The notes beneath the pieces were generated by a model. It had not been told where the DNA came from. It searched no databases and worked only from the letters and a program-made list of their open reading frames with translations. A program made the translations under genes and the position numbers. From Bacilli bacterium (lineage in GTDB: Bacteria; Bacillota_I; Bacilli_A; RFN20; CAG-826): a stretch of 64,000 nucleotides of DNA. Of this stretch, positions 19,548 to 29,095 are shown in pieces. The stretch's first letter is position 1, and every line of letters starts with the position of its first letter. The stretch is taken from the NCBI GenBank assembly GCA_045628045.1, contig JAZQOV010000002.1:106826-170825 (forward strand). The letters are read 5' to 3'.

Positions 19548-19705
19548 TTTACTTAATGAAGACGTTTGTTAATGTAAGTATAGAGTTCACCCATGATAGT
19601 TAATGACTTCGCCTAGTGGGAACTTTTTTATTTACTATTTAGTTTTTTCAAATATAATGTAAATAGCAGGACATGAGCGAATTAAGTTTCGAGGGGCCTG
19701 CTTTT
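19548..19705 (+). ncRNA. Two tandem candidate small-RNA units (promoter, hairpin, U-tract)
   Basis: TTTACT-N16-TAATGT then agttc-accca...tgggaact-tttt; TTTACT-N16-TATAAT then agcagg...cctgct-ttt; no ORF. Confidence 0.4.
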
Positions 19706-19790
19706 AATTTACTTTATTTCCGATATTTTCCGTTTTTTGTCTGTTTTTGAAAGAGAAACATTAGCAAATTCTCGTATAACAAAAAAGATG

Positions 19791-20600
19791 TTAAATTTTG
19801 ATTCCTGAAATGTCTAAGAAATTATCGATTGAGAATCCTGGCATGTAATTACATGTGGATATGTCCGTTCCAAGTTTGTTAAACGACTCCCCAAAATGAT
19901 ATGCCTTATCATCAACAAACAAATATCTATCGTGAAACTTATCAACCTTTATTACCTTATATTTGTCTGATTCAAATGATTCGTTCTTTGGATGAGTAAT
20001 TACCACAACCTTTGCTGGGCTGTGTAATAAAATTTCATCAAATGTGTGATCAAAATAGTTATCAATGATTACTATTAATTTTTTAGCACTTTTCAATATT
20101 TCTTCTAACATAAACAAGGCATCAATACGATTGGCTTCTTTTAGTGTTAAGGATTTGTTTTGGAAATCTTTAATTTCGTAAATTTGATTTTGAAGATCAA
20201 TAATTTTTTCTTTGCATTCTAAGCAAGAAAAGTTGGGTTTTGCAAAAATGTATTGTTTTAAAACATAATTTGCCCATTGTCTAAATAACGTTCCTCTCTT
20301 TCCGTTCACTCTATAGCCCACAGATAAGATAACATCCAGGTTATAAAGGTCAATTTCTCTAGAGACGTTTCTTTCACCTTCTAATTGAACAGTTGCATTT
20401 TTTGCAACAGTTGAAATTCTTAATAGTTCGTTGCTGTTATAAATATTATTTATGTGTCTAGAAATTGTTGATTTATTCTTTTCGAAAAGAGCAGCAATAT
20501 CATTCAATGAAAGCCATACAGTATCTTCCGTTGGAGAAACATTAACTGGCAATGAAAAGTCTCCATCTTTGAATGTTAAGATTTCAAATTTTTTGTCCAT
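19791..20600 (-). CDS. RhuM-like DNA-binding protein with C-terminal PLD-like domain
   Basis: TVWLS...IAALF, YNLDVILSVGYRVNGKRG..FRQWA; C-term IIDNY, FHDRYLFVD..YHFGES. Confidence 0.8.
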   Translation of the reverse strand: MDKKFEILTFKDGDFSLPVNVSPTEDTVWLSLNDIAALFEKNKSTISRHINNIYNSNELLRISTVAKNATVQLEGERNVSREIDLYNLDVILSVGYRVNGKRGTLFRQWANYVLKQYIFAKPNFSCLECKEKIIDLQNQIYEIKDFQNKSLTLKEANRIDALFMLEEILKSAKKLIVIIDNYFDHTFDEILLHSPAKVVVITHPKNESFESDKYKVIKVDKFHDRYLFVDDKAYHFGESFNKLGTDISTCNYMPGFSIDNFLDISGIKI

Positions 20601-20773
20601 TTTAGGTTCCTCCTTATATTAAAAATAACAATCTTTTAATCGAACAAGATTGATGCGGTTTTTGCATCTGTGTAAATTATAATATGCACGCATTGAAAAG
20701 ACAAGCATAAATTGAAAATATTTTATTTATTTTTTGCATAATGTTAAAATGATGCAGTAAGGGGAAAATAGGT

Positions 20774-21106
20774 ATGGATAAATTAGAGGAAGAAATTTCA
20801 GAACGTATTAAAGAAATGATGGAAAAGCGTAAGGTCACTCAAAGTGATCTTGCTAGTGAGCTTGGAGTGCACCAATATGACATTTCACGCATGTTAAACG
20901 GCAAGCCTTTTCCATCTATTTCTCAATTAAAATTGATAGCGAACTATCTTGATTGTTCTTTGTATTATCTAATTGGAATACAAGAAGAATCATATCGTGA
21001 GCTATCACCTGAAACTAGAAAGATAGCTAATGCATATCAATGCGCTAATGAAACCATTAAAGCAGTAGTAGATCTGGTACTCACAAATAAAAAGATAAGT
21101 AAATAA
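20774..21106 (+). CDS. XRE-family HTH transcriptional regulator
   Basis: TQSDLASELGV....ISRM..G..P....L..IA.YL.CSL.YL. Confidence 0.88.
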   Translation: MDKLEEEISERIKEMMEKRKVTQSDLASELGVHQYDISRMLNGKPFPSISQLKLIANYLDCSLYYLIGIQEESYRELSPETRKIANAYQCANETIKAVVDLVLTNKKISK

Positions 21107-21171
21107 AAAAGATAACACCTGATTAAGCATTGAACGTAATTTATAAGTGAAATGCTAAGGTGTTTTCTTTT
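21107..21171 (+). repeat. Spacer repeat R4 (hairpin A only)
   Basis: aaaagataacacctgattaagcattgaacgtaatttataagtgaaatgctaaggtgttttctttt immediately after the stop codon. Confidence 0.92.
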
Positions 21172-21228
21172 GCTATATATGATAAAAGTTATAATATATT
21201 TATAATTTAGTAAAGGCACTTTATTAAT

Positions 21229-22413
21229 ATGGTTAATTTAATTAGAAGAATATTTATTAAGAATTACAAAGACATTAATGATCCTATTGTACGTGAGAAG
21301 CACGGCACAGTAGCATCAATATTTGGAATGGTAATGAATGTTATCTTATTTGCGATTAAATTTGTTATTGGTTTAATTGCTTCATCAATGTCAATTATTT
21401 CTGATGCTTTAAATAACTTAACAGACCTTTTTAGCAACATCGCTAGTCTGGTTGGTTTTAAAATTGCAAATAAACCTGCAGATAAAAAACATCCTTATGG
21501 TCATGAAAGAGTGGAATACATTACTGGAATGATAATTTCATTCATCATCATTGCTGTTGGTATTGTGCTTGGATACACTGCAGTGAACAAATTAATCACC
21601 AAAGATGTCGTAACTACATTCTCTATTTGGTCATTTGTCATTCTTGGCGTATCAATATTTGGCAAGATCTTGCTTGGATTATTTAACAAAGGAATGGGAA
21701 AAGCAATTAACTCAGTTTCTTTAAAAGCAAGTATGCAAGATTCATTTAATGACGCAATATCGACATCACTTGTTTTAATTGCCGCTATTATTTCCTACTT
21801 TGTAGGTGAATCAGTGTGGTGGCTTGATCCTGTTATATCAATAGCAATTGGTGGTTTTATTGTTTATTCGGGAATTAAGCTCGTTTTTGAAACAGCTTCT
21901 CCATTAATTGGACTTTCTCCAGACACTGACTTTGTTAAAGCGGTGGTGAATGATGTACTTTCATTTAAAGGAGCACTTGGAATTCATGATATCGTGTGTC
22001 ACTCATATGGCCCTACTAAGAAGTTCATAACACTTCATGTCGAGGTTGATGGATATGAAGATGTTATGAAACTTCACGATATGATTGATAACATTGAAGA
22101 ATGCATCGCTAAAAAATATAACTGTGAAATCACAATTCACATGGATCCAATAGACACTAAAAATAAAGAAATCCCTGTTTTAAAAGAAAAAATAGAAGAT
22201 ATTCTTAAACATATCTCACAGGAGATAACATTCCATGACTTACGCCTTGTGAATGGCCCAAGTCACACGAATGTGTTATTTGATATCGTTATACCTCCGG
22301 TTAAAGACATTAATAAAGATGAAGTCATTAATGCTTTAATTAAAGGCGTTAAAGAAATAAACCCTAAATATAACTTAGTGATTAAAGTAGATAACTCATA
22401 CACCCATGGATAA
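21229..22413 (+). CDS. Cation diffusion facilitator family transporter
   Basis: SDALNNLTD, KPADKKHPYGHERVEY, DSFND, GIHD...H.YGP. Confidence 0.92.
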   Translation: MVNLIRRIFIKNYKDINDPIVREKHGTVASIFGMVMNVILFAIKFVIGLIASSMSIISDALNNLTDLFSNIASLVGFKIANKPADKKHPYGHERVEYITGMIISFIIIAVGIVLGYTAVNKLITKDVVTTFSIWSFVILGVSIFGKILLGLFNKGMGKAINSVSLKASMQDSFNDAISTSLVLIAAIISYFVGESVWWLDPVISIAIGGFIVYSGIKLVFETASPLIGLSPDTDFVKAVVNDVLSFKGALGIHDIVCHSYGPTKKFITLHVEVDGYEDVMKLHDMIDNIEECIAKKYNCEITIHMDPIDTKNKEIPVLKEKIEDILKHISQEITFHDLRLVNGPSHTNVLFDIVIPPVKDINKDEVINALIKGVKEINPKYNLVIKVDNSYTHG

Positions 22414-22414
22414 C

Positions 22415-22526
22415 AAGAAAACACCTCTAAAGCATTAAACAAAATTCATAAGTGAAATGCTAGGTGTTTTCTTTTATCTTTTTTCTTGATAGAGAAGCGT
22501 AGCAAGTTCTCGTAGATCGAGAAAAG
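22415..22526 (+). repeat. Spacer repeat R5 (hairpin A plus hairpin B)
   Basis: aagaaaacacctctaaagcatt...aagtgaaatgctaggtgttttctttt plus module B. Confidence 0.9.
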
Positions 22527-22735
22527 CCGACATTTAGTAGCCTTATATAGGGAATATTTCAAAATAACTTGTTGTTATAGGTTTTTTCCTATATTCAACA
22601 TCATGTTTTGTTATTTTATTTTTTTCTTATTGGAACGAACAATATAGGTGAGGAAGGGAAGTAAAATGTTGTTAGACTTCTCGTGAAGAATTGCTTCTCT
22701 CTCCTCACTTAAAAAAGAAAGGAAAATAACAATAA

Positions 22736-23152
22736 ATGAAATTCTTAAGATGTAAGAAATGTGGTCAGATCGTCGGTGTTGTAAAAGACACGGGGGTCCC
22801 AGTTATTTGCTGTGGTGAGACAATGGAAGAACTCATCCCTCATGTTGATGAAAAGGGATTAAGTGAGAAACACATTCCAGTGTACGCAGTAAAGAAAGGC
22901 AAATGCATCGCCAAAATAGGTATGATCCCTCACCCAATGACAGATGATCACTATATTGAATGGGTCGCACTCGTCACAAACAAGGGGAACCAAAGAAAAG
23001 AACTTGAACCTGGTAAATCCCCTCGCGCAGAATTTTCTCTCGATGAAGACGAGGTTGTAGAGGAAATCTACGCGTATTGCAATCTCCATCAGCTTTGGAA
23101 ACTTGATTTAAAGAAAAACAAAGACTGTGGATGCAATATCAAAACAAAATAG
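22736..23152 (+). CDS. dfx: Desulfoferrodoxin / superoxide reductase
   Basis: CKKCG...CCG, EKHIP, HPM...HYIEW, YAYCNLH. Confidence 0.92.
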   Translation: MKFLRCKKCGQIVGVVKDTGVPVICCGETMEELIPHVDEKGLSEKHIPVYAVKKGKCIAKIGMIPHPMTDDHYIEWVALVTNKGNQRKELEPGKSPRAEFSLDEDEVVEEIYAYCNLHQLWKLDLKKNKDCGCNIKTK

Positions 23153-23328
23153 TTCAAGTTTTATATACATAGATTTTCTCTCCTTAAGTGAACCGTTCCT
23201 CTTATCTATTACCCTCGTAGGAGGACGGTTCACCTAGGAGATAAGTGGTGAAAACTAACCAGAGTGAACGTACATCGTAGTGAACTCACATACTTCACCA
23301 CCTGACAAAAAGGAAAGGAAGATAACTC

Positions 23329-24363
23329 ATGAAAAGAAACGTAATTAAAGCATTAGTATATGACTCCAAAGGATTCGTTGAAGAATTTTTCGAGATTGCT
23401 AACAAAGGAAGAATTAAGTTTAGTTACACTAGTGATAAGCTCAATGCTAACACTGTTAAAACAGCAGAAAGCTACGACACGATTGTGGCATTTGTTAACG
23501 ACACTATAGACAAAAGCGTAATAGACGCACTAGTAAAACAAGGAAAGAAAGCAATCTTCTTGAGAAGCAGCGGATTTAATAATGTTGATCTTAATTACAT
23601 TGATGGGAAATTTAAAGTATTTAGAGTTCCTGCCTATTCACCAGAAGCAGTAGCGGAACACGCCTTTGCGCTAATACAAACTTCAAATAGAAGGATACAT
23701 AAAGCTTATATTAGAACTAGAGAGTTCAATTTCTCCTTAGACGGGTTGATAGGGAATAATCTAAATAATAAAACCATCGGAATTATTGGAACTGGGAAAA
23801 TAGGGCGAGTCATGATTGATATCGCTAATGGATATAAAATGAATGTAATTGCCTATGATCCATACCCAGTTCCTGATCCAACTAACCTTAGTTACGTTTC
23901 TCTTCCTGAGTTACTTTCTAGAAGTGACATTATTTCACTACATTGTCCTTTAATTAGTGACACCAAGTACTTGTTAAATAAGGAAACCTTAGCGCTCACT
24001 AAGAAAGGCGTAATGATTGTGAACACTTCTAGAGGAGGCCTTATTGATTCTAGAGCGCTCCTAGATGCGATCAAATCTCGTCATGTTTCGAGTGCATGTT
24101 TAGATGTCTACGAAGAAGAAACAAATATCTTTTTTGAAGATAAGTCAAATCACATTCTAGATGATGAAGTACTGAGAGATTTAATTTCCATGCCAAATGT
24201 GATTGTAACTTCTCATCAAGGCTTCCTAACTCATGAAGCTTTAGAAAATATTGCTAACACTGTTATTAGTAACATCATCAGTTTCTTTGATGGTACCCCT
24301 AGAACTGAAAATGAAGTTATTTTAAGTGGTAGTAGCAAACAAAATGAAAGGAAATCAAAATGA
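23329..24363 (+). CDS. ldhA: D-lactate dehydrogenase (D-2-hydroxyacid dehydrogenase family)
   Basis: FVND, GFNNVD, VPAYSPEAVAEH, GTGKIG, SLHCP, NTSRG, LDVYEEE, TSHQGF. Confidence 0.88.
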   Translation: MKRNVIKALVYDSKGFVEEFFEIANKGRIKFSYTSDKLNANTVKTAESYDTIVAFVNDTIDKSVIDALVKQGKKAIFLRSSGFNNVDLNYIDGKFKVFRVPAYSPEAVAEHAFALIQTSNRRIHKAYIRTREFNFSLDGLIGNNLNNKTIGIIGTGKIGRVMIDIANGYKMNVIAYDPYPVPDPTNLSYVSLPELLSRSDIISLHCPLISDTKYLLNKETLALTKKGVMIVNTSRGGLIDSRALLDAIKSRHVSSACLDVYEEETNIFFEDKSNHILDDEVLRDLISMPNVIVTSHQGFLTHEALENIANTVISNIISFFDGTPRTENEVILSGSSKQNERKSK

Positions 24364-24602
24364 GTAAAAGACAAAGAGCAAGGTATTTTAGATTTATGGG
24401 GTTTGTAACATGCATTGTATCAATCGCTATGATTGTTGGTCTTGTGATCACCATTGTTGGTCAATTCAAAGATGCTGTAAAAGCATGGCCAATCATCGCT
24501 AACTTCTTAAATATCTTAGCAGTACTTGGAGTAGGCTTAGGACTTACTAACTTATTCTATTCTCATGCTTGTGTATTAGATGATGAATACTGTGCTAGAT
24601 AA
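24360..24602 (+). CDS. Small 2-TM membrane protein
   Basis: GAAAGGA RBS, translationally coupled to ldhA; resembles the 14119 ORF. Confidence 0.7.
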   Translation: MSKRQRARYFRFMGFVTCIVSIAMIVGLVITIVGQFKDAVKAWPIIANFLNILAVLGVGLGLTNLFYSHACVLDDEYCAR

Positions 24603-24647
24603 TTACCTATGTGATCCAGATGAAGATTCACATGAATTAGATTATTA

Positions 24648-24762
24648 ATAAAGAGAACACCTCTTCAGCATTGAACGTAATTTATAAGTGAAATGCTAGG
24701 TGTTTTCTTTTATCTCCTTTCTTGATAGAGAAGTGTTGCAAGTTCTCGTATAGCAAGAAAAG
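24648..24762 (+). repeat. Spacer repeat R6 (hairpin A plus hairpin B)
   Basis: aaagagaacacctcttcagcattgaacgtaatttataagtgaaatgctaggtgttttctttt plus module B; followed by gtgaagtc...gacttcac hairpin (~24810-24838). Confidence 0.92.
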
Positions 24763-24898
24763 TGCCGCTGGAATAGGGTATATATGAGACTATTGATATA
24801 CGTCTCAATGTGAAGTCTATTTAGTCATACGACTTCACTTGTATATTGTTGAGAATTATAGAATAAAAGGTAGAATATAGGTAGAAAAGAGGCTGCTT

Positions 24899-26848
24899 AT
24901 GATAATATCGAATGAACTTATTAAATCTTATATAGAAATTATTAACAATCACAAAAGTAAAGTTGAGAGCATTGCAAACATGTTTGCTTCAAGTTCGTCT
25001 GAATTTAAGACTTTATTGCAAGAATATAACGATATTTGCAAACCCGATCCAAATTTTATTAATTTTAATTTTGAAAGATATCTTATTTTTTCTGAAAAAG
25101 TAAAAGATTTCAGTAAATATGTTTTAAACTTAAGTACATTTAATGAGATTATTGGTAGACTTGCTGAAACTGATCTTAGTAATGCTTATTACAAATTGAT
25201 TAAGCATTTCATTGAAACTTTAAAATCTAATGATTTTGATTACTGTTATGAGAATTCACTTAATTATAAAGCAGCTTCTGACACTGTCACAAAATTAAAT
25301 TGCATACTTAATTCTTTTAACAATAATATGACCGATTTTATTACCAATAATCAGAAAAATTTAGAACCAATATTTCTTTTTTACGATTTAAAAGAAATCA
25401 AAAACAATATAACTTTAATTGGAACTAATGGTTCTGGAAAAAGTAGGTTTTCTAGACAATTGTTAACGTTTAGTGACAATCCAAATTTCGTTGTTATTGC
25501 CGCCCAACATTTTTTGGGTTTTGAATTAGATGGAAAAGTAGATTTGAATGCTGGTGGAATTAATTTAGATGGTTATCAGAAAAGTGACAAGCTTAGCGTT
25601 AGTGCAAGCGATCAATTCTATCAAAAAGAATTTGGCGTTTTAATGAACAAACTGAGAAGCGAACATATTAGAGAAAGGTATACAAAAGGGGTCGTATCAA
25701 CAATTTTTAACAAAGTTAAAGAATTGTTTCATGAGTTAATACCAGCAAGAGAAATAGAATATGATTTTGACACTTCGAAGTTTTATGCTGTCCCACCCAA
25801 TGGTATTAAATATGATGTTAATAATATGAGTGATGGTGAAAAAAGCATTCTATTTTATATTCTTCATATTATATTTTCTGATGAGCATTCCTTTATAATT
25901 GTTGATGAACCTGAAAATCATCTTCATTCAGATATTTGCACAAGATTGTGGGATAAACTTGAAGAAATCAGACCAGACTCTATTTTTATTTACCTGTCTC
26001 ATAATATAGATTTTATTGCATCGCGCAAAAATTCAACGATTATTTGGAACAAAAAGTTCGATTATCCACAAAAATGGGATTTCGAATTACTAAAAGACAA
26101 TGAATTGCCAAAACAACTTTATTTAGAAATACTTGGAACAACGCCGCCTGTTTTGCTTTGCGAAGGCTGCAAGAATTCTAAAGACATTAAAGTATATGAG
26201 GAGTTATTTAGTGACTATAAAATTAGACCATGTTCAAGTTGCAACGATGTTAAAGAATATGTAAAAACAATAAAAAGATTAGATGTTTTTAAAAATAAAA
26301 CAGTGAATGGAATTATTGACTTAGATACACGAAACGAAAAAGAAGTTGAACATTGCGTTAGGGATGGAGTTTTTGTTTTGAATGTAGTTGAAATTGAAAA
26401 TCTTCTTTTTGTGCCAGAATTATTAGACAAAATATTTGATAAGTATTCTAGTGATGAACAGAAAAATAATTTTTTTGATTCCTTTTATAGTAAAGCAAGT
26501 GAAGAATTGCCAAGGATGGTAAATAGAACTTTAAAAGATTATTTCGTTAAGGATGTTCAAAGCAATGATAGGGACTCTTTTGCTGAACAGGTTAACACCA
26601 AATATAAAGCAATAAGTTTTGCTGACCAGGTAAGCGCGAAGAAAACTGAGCTTGAAAACGAATTTAGAGAGATTATTGAAACTAGAAATTATGATTGCGC
26701 GTTAAAGAAATTCGATTTCAAAAATCAACTCTATTATATAGGCGAATCAATTATAAGAGATTATTTAGAGAAAGCGGTCGATATTCTTCACTCTGATAAG
26801 GCTTTAGCTGATTTAATAAAAGCAAAGTATATCAGAACAAATATTTAA
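24899..26848 (+). CDS. ABC/AAA ATPase fused to a TOPRIM (DUF4435-like) domain; PARIS-fused/OLD-like defence protein
   Basis: Walker A GTNGSGKS, MSDGEK, VDEPENHLH, LSH; TOPRIM LLCEG and GIIDLD; EIEN. Confidence 0.8.
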   Translation: MIISNELIKSYIEIINNHKSKVESIANMFASSSSEFKTLLQEYNDICKPDPNFINFNFERYLIFSEKVKDFSKYVLNLSTFNEIIGRLAETDLSNAYYKLIKHFIETLKSNDFDYCYENSLNYKAASDTVTKLNCILNSFNNNMTDFITNNQKNLEPIFLFYDLKEIKNNITLIGTNGSGKSRFSRQLLTFSDNPNFVVIAAQHFLGFELDGKVDLNAGGINLDGYQKSDKLSVSASDQFYQKEFGVLMNKLRSEHIRERYTKGVVSTIFNKVKELFHELIPAREIEYDFDTSKFYAVPPNGIKYDVNNMSDGEKSILFYILHIIFSDEHSFIIVDEPENHLHSDICTRLWDKLEEIRPDSIFIYLSHNIDFIASRKNSTIIWNKKFDYPQKWDFELLKDNELPKQLYLEILGTTPPVLLCEGCKNSKDIKVYEELFSDYKIRPCSSCNDVKEYVKTIKRLDVFKNKTVNGIIDLDTRNEKEVEHCVRDGVFVLNVVEIENLLFVPELLDKIFDKYSSDEQKNNFFDSFYSKASEELPRMVNRTLKDYFVKDVQSNDRDSFAEQVNTKYKAISFADQVSAKKTELENEFREIIETRNYDCALKKFDFKNQLYYIGESIIRDYLEKAVDILHSDKALADLIKAKYIRTNI

Positions 26849-27055
26849 TTATTAGATATTATTTCCTTTAGTGGTTAATTATATTTGATATAAATATTGG
26901 TAGAGCCTGTTATTTAAATACTTAGAGATTAAGCACCATTTACATATGGTGCTTTATTTTCTCTTTTGCAAAAGAGTCGGTAATTAATGCTATTTCATTA
27001 CGTATTTATGAAGTGGCTATCTAGGTGAGATACGCCACATTGGTGAAGTCTATTT
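26844..27055 (+). repeat. Spacer repeat S1 (modular)
   Basis: ttaattattagatattatttcctttagtggttaattatatttgatataaatattggtagagcctg; collapsed T module ctcttttgcaaaagag; gtggc..gccac; closely matches S3. Confidence 0.9.
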
Positions 27056-27156
27056 ATTGCTCGTGTATCCACTAGCGAGCAACAATACGAATTCACCCCA
27101 CTGGGTAGGGTAATATATGGTGTTTAATGAAATGAATTATGGTGTATAATAAAGAA

Positions 27157-28311
27157 ATGACTAATTCAATTTTAATAATTGGAAACGGCTTCGACCTAGC
27201 TTGTAACTTAAAGTCAAAATTTTCAAATTTTTTAACTGATGAAAAACTTGAACAATTACGTGCTAATCCATACTCTTGTGAAAATTTCTGGTATTTATTA
27301 TCTGCATTAAAATTCAATAAAAATGCTGACAACGAAGAAAATCATATATTCCCCATTCTTGCAAAAGACGATTATCTTTGGATGGATATTGAATCTTTGA
27401 TTAAAGAAGTTTCAACTTCTAAATTACCAAGGTATTACGCACAATTTTTCAAAGAAAATAATTATTTAGCGCTTTTCACTTCCGCTTTTGTGAATAGAAA
27501 TAATAATATGTTTTTGGCTAAAGATAATGAATTTTCTTACTTACGAATGTTTTTTATAAAAAGATTTCCCAATATTTTTGAGCAAACAATCAATATAATT
27601 GATTTCTTGAAATTAGAATTAGAAAAATTTGAAAGAACATTTGCTGCATATTTAATTGAGTCAATTAGAACAACTGATAATTATTACGAAAAAGCATATG
27701 AACTTTTTGGTTTTTTGGGTTGCACTGGAGTGAATCCTGATTTTTTGATTGATTTTAATTACACACACGATGACGAAAAATTTAATGAATTATTTGGAAA
27801 CGATAATAGAATTTTTATTCATGGTTCGGTTAAAAATAAGCCTATTATCGGATTCGATTCTTCTAATATTTCTAGTGATGCACCCGTGTTATTGAGTAAA
27901 GCATGGCAGAAAATGTCATCAAATATTAGTGGTGTAAAGCTGCCACAATTTGACGAAGAATTTGAGATTAAATTTTTCGGTCATTCACTTGGTGAACAAG
28001 ATTACTCATATTTTCATGCATTATTTGATCGCTATGATATTTATAATAAAAAGGTTTCTCTCTGTTTTATCTATAGCCGATATAAGGATGATGAAAAAGA
28101 GAATGATGAAATAACAAAAACATATTGTAATGATGTTTATAAATTATTAAATGATTATGCATTGAGAAGTGGAAAAGAAAGTAATTACAGAACATTAATT
28201 AGTAGATTACAAATAGAAAACAGGTTACACATTTATGAATTAAAAGAGTATGTAAAAAGTCATTCTTTTTCCGAACAATTCAAAGAAATAAAAGCAAAAG
28301 GAAATGAATAA
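27157..28311 (+). CDS. AbiH-family (SIR2-like) abortive infection protein
   Basis: LIIGNGFDLA, W.DIE, DFNYT, IHGS, FFGHSLGEQDYSYF; start placed after TATAAT-N6. Confidence 0.82.
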   Translation: MTNSILIIGNGFDLACNLKSKFSNFLTDEKLEQLRANPYSCENFWYLLSALKFNKNADNEENHIFPILAKDDYLWMDIESLIKEVSTSKLPRYYAQFFKENNYLALFTSAFVNRNNNMFLAKDNEFSYLRMFFIKRFPNIFEQTINIIDFLKLELEKFERTFAAYLIESIRTTDNYYEKAYELFGFLGCTGVNPDFLIDFNYTHDDEKFNELFGNDNRIFIHGSVKNKPIIGFDSSNISSDAPVLLSKAWQKMSSNISGVKLPQFDEEFEIKFFGHSLGEQDYSYFHALFDRYDIYNKKVSLCFIYSRYKDDEKENDEITKTYCNDVYKLLNDYALRSGKESNYRTLISRLQIENRLHIYELKEYVKSHSFSEQFKEIKAKGNE

Positions 28312-28417
28312 AGACACTATGAATCGCCTAATAGATTTAATTGATTTAGATAAATATAATGATGAACCTGAGTATAAGGCTACTTTAGAGGAATTCTTTT
28401 CTTCTTTAGATGATTAA
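28304..28417 (+). CDS. 37-aa acidic micro-ORF overlapping the abiH-like stop
   Basis: AAAGGA RBS; MNKDTMNRLIDLIDLDKYNDEPEYKATLEEFFSSLDD. Confidence 0.4.
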   Translation: MNKDTMNRLIDLIDLDKYNDEPEYKATLEEFFSSLDD

Positions 28418-28460
28418 TACTTTTTGAAATATTAAATATAATTAACTTCTAATTTATATC

Positions 28461-28656
28461 TATTATATTAGGAACCTTATGGTTCCTTTTATTTTAATTA
28501 TTAGATATTATTTCCTTTAGTGTTCAATTATATTTAATATAAATATAAGATAAGGTAAATAAGAATTAATAGGTAGCAATTATTGCTACATTTTTAATCT
28601 TTTTTGCAATTAATAAATGTGAGCGTAGTTTACTAGTGAACAGATTTGCAAAAGAG
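28461..28656 (+). repeat. Spacer repeat S2 plus module T
   Basis: taggaacc-ttat-ggttcctttt attttaattattagatattatttcctttag...; tttttgca...gagcgtagtttactagtgaac..tttgcaaaagag. Confidence 0.88.
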
Positions 28657-28750
28657 CCGGCGGTGGTAGCCTTATATATCGTTTTCAATATATTGAAATG
28701 AGGTACACGATAAAAATATGCCGAAATTAATTTATAAGTTTTTCTCTTAG

Positions 28751-28882
28751 AGAATATAAGAAGAGTCATATCGTGAACTAGCACCCGAGACTAGAAAGAT
28801 AGCTAATACATATCAATCTACTAATGATGCAGTCAAACGAGTTATTAACTTAGTACTATTGAATAAAGACTCAATCAATTGA
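28751..28882 (+). pseudogene. 3' remnant of an XRE gene paralogous to 20774-21106
   Basis: RI*EESYRELAPETRKIANTYQSTNDAVKRVINLVLLNK versus GIQEESYRELSPETRKIANAYQCANETIKAVVDLVLTNK; HTH half missing, in-frame TAA. Confidence 0.85.
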
Positions 28883-29095
28883 TAATGATAACAGCCGATT
28901 AAGCACTAATAAAATTTGAAAATGGATGCAAGTGTTGTTTGAACAAACGAAATTTATTAACATAAAGTGATAATTACAGGGAATTTCCTTTATAAGGAGG
29001 AGTGTTTCAAATTTTAGTCCTTTTTCAATTTTGTGAAAAAAACTTGCACAAAAATGAATAATCGTGTAATCTTTAGATAATATCGAGGTAAACAC

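Noticed and set aside
16795-24762. Calling a canonical integron
   Set aside because: No IntI or attI is visible and the ends only partly match RYYYAAC/GTTRRRY; kept as a hypothesis only
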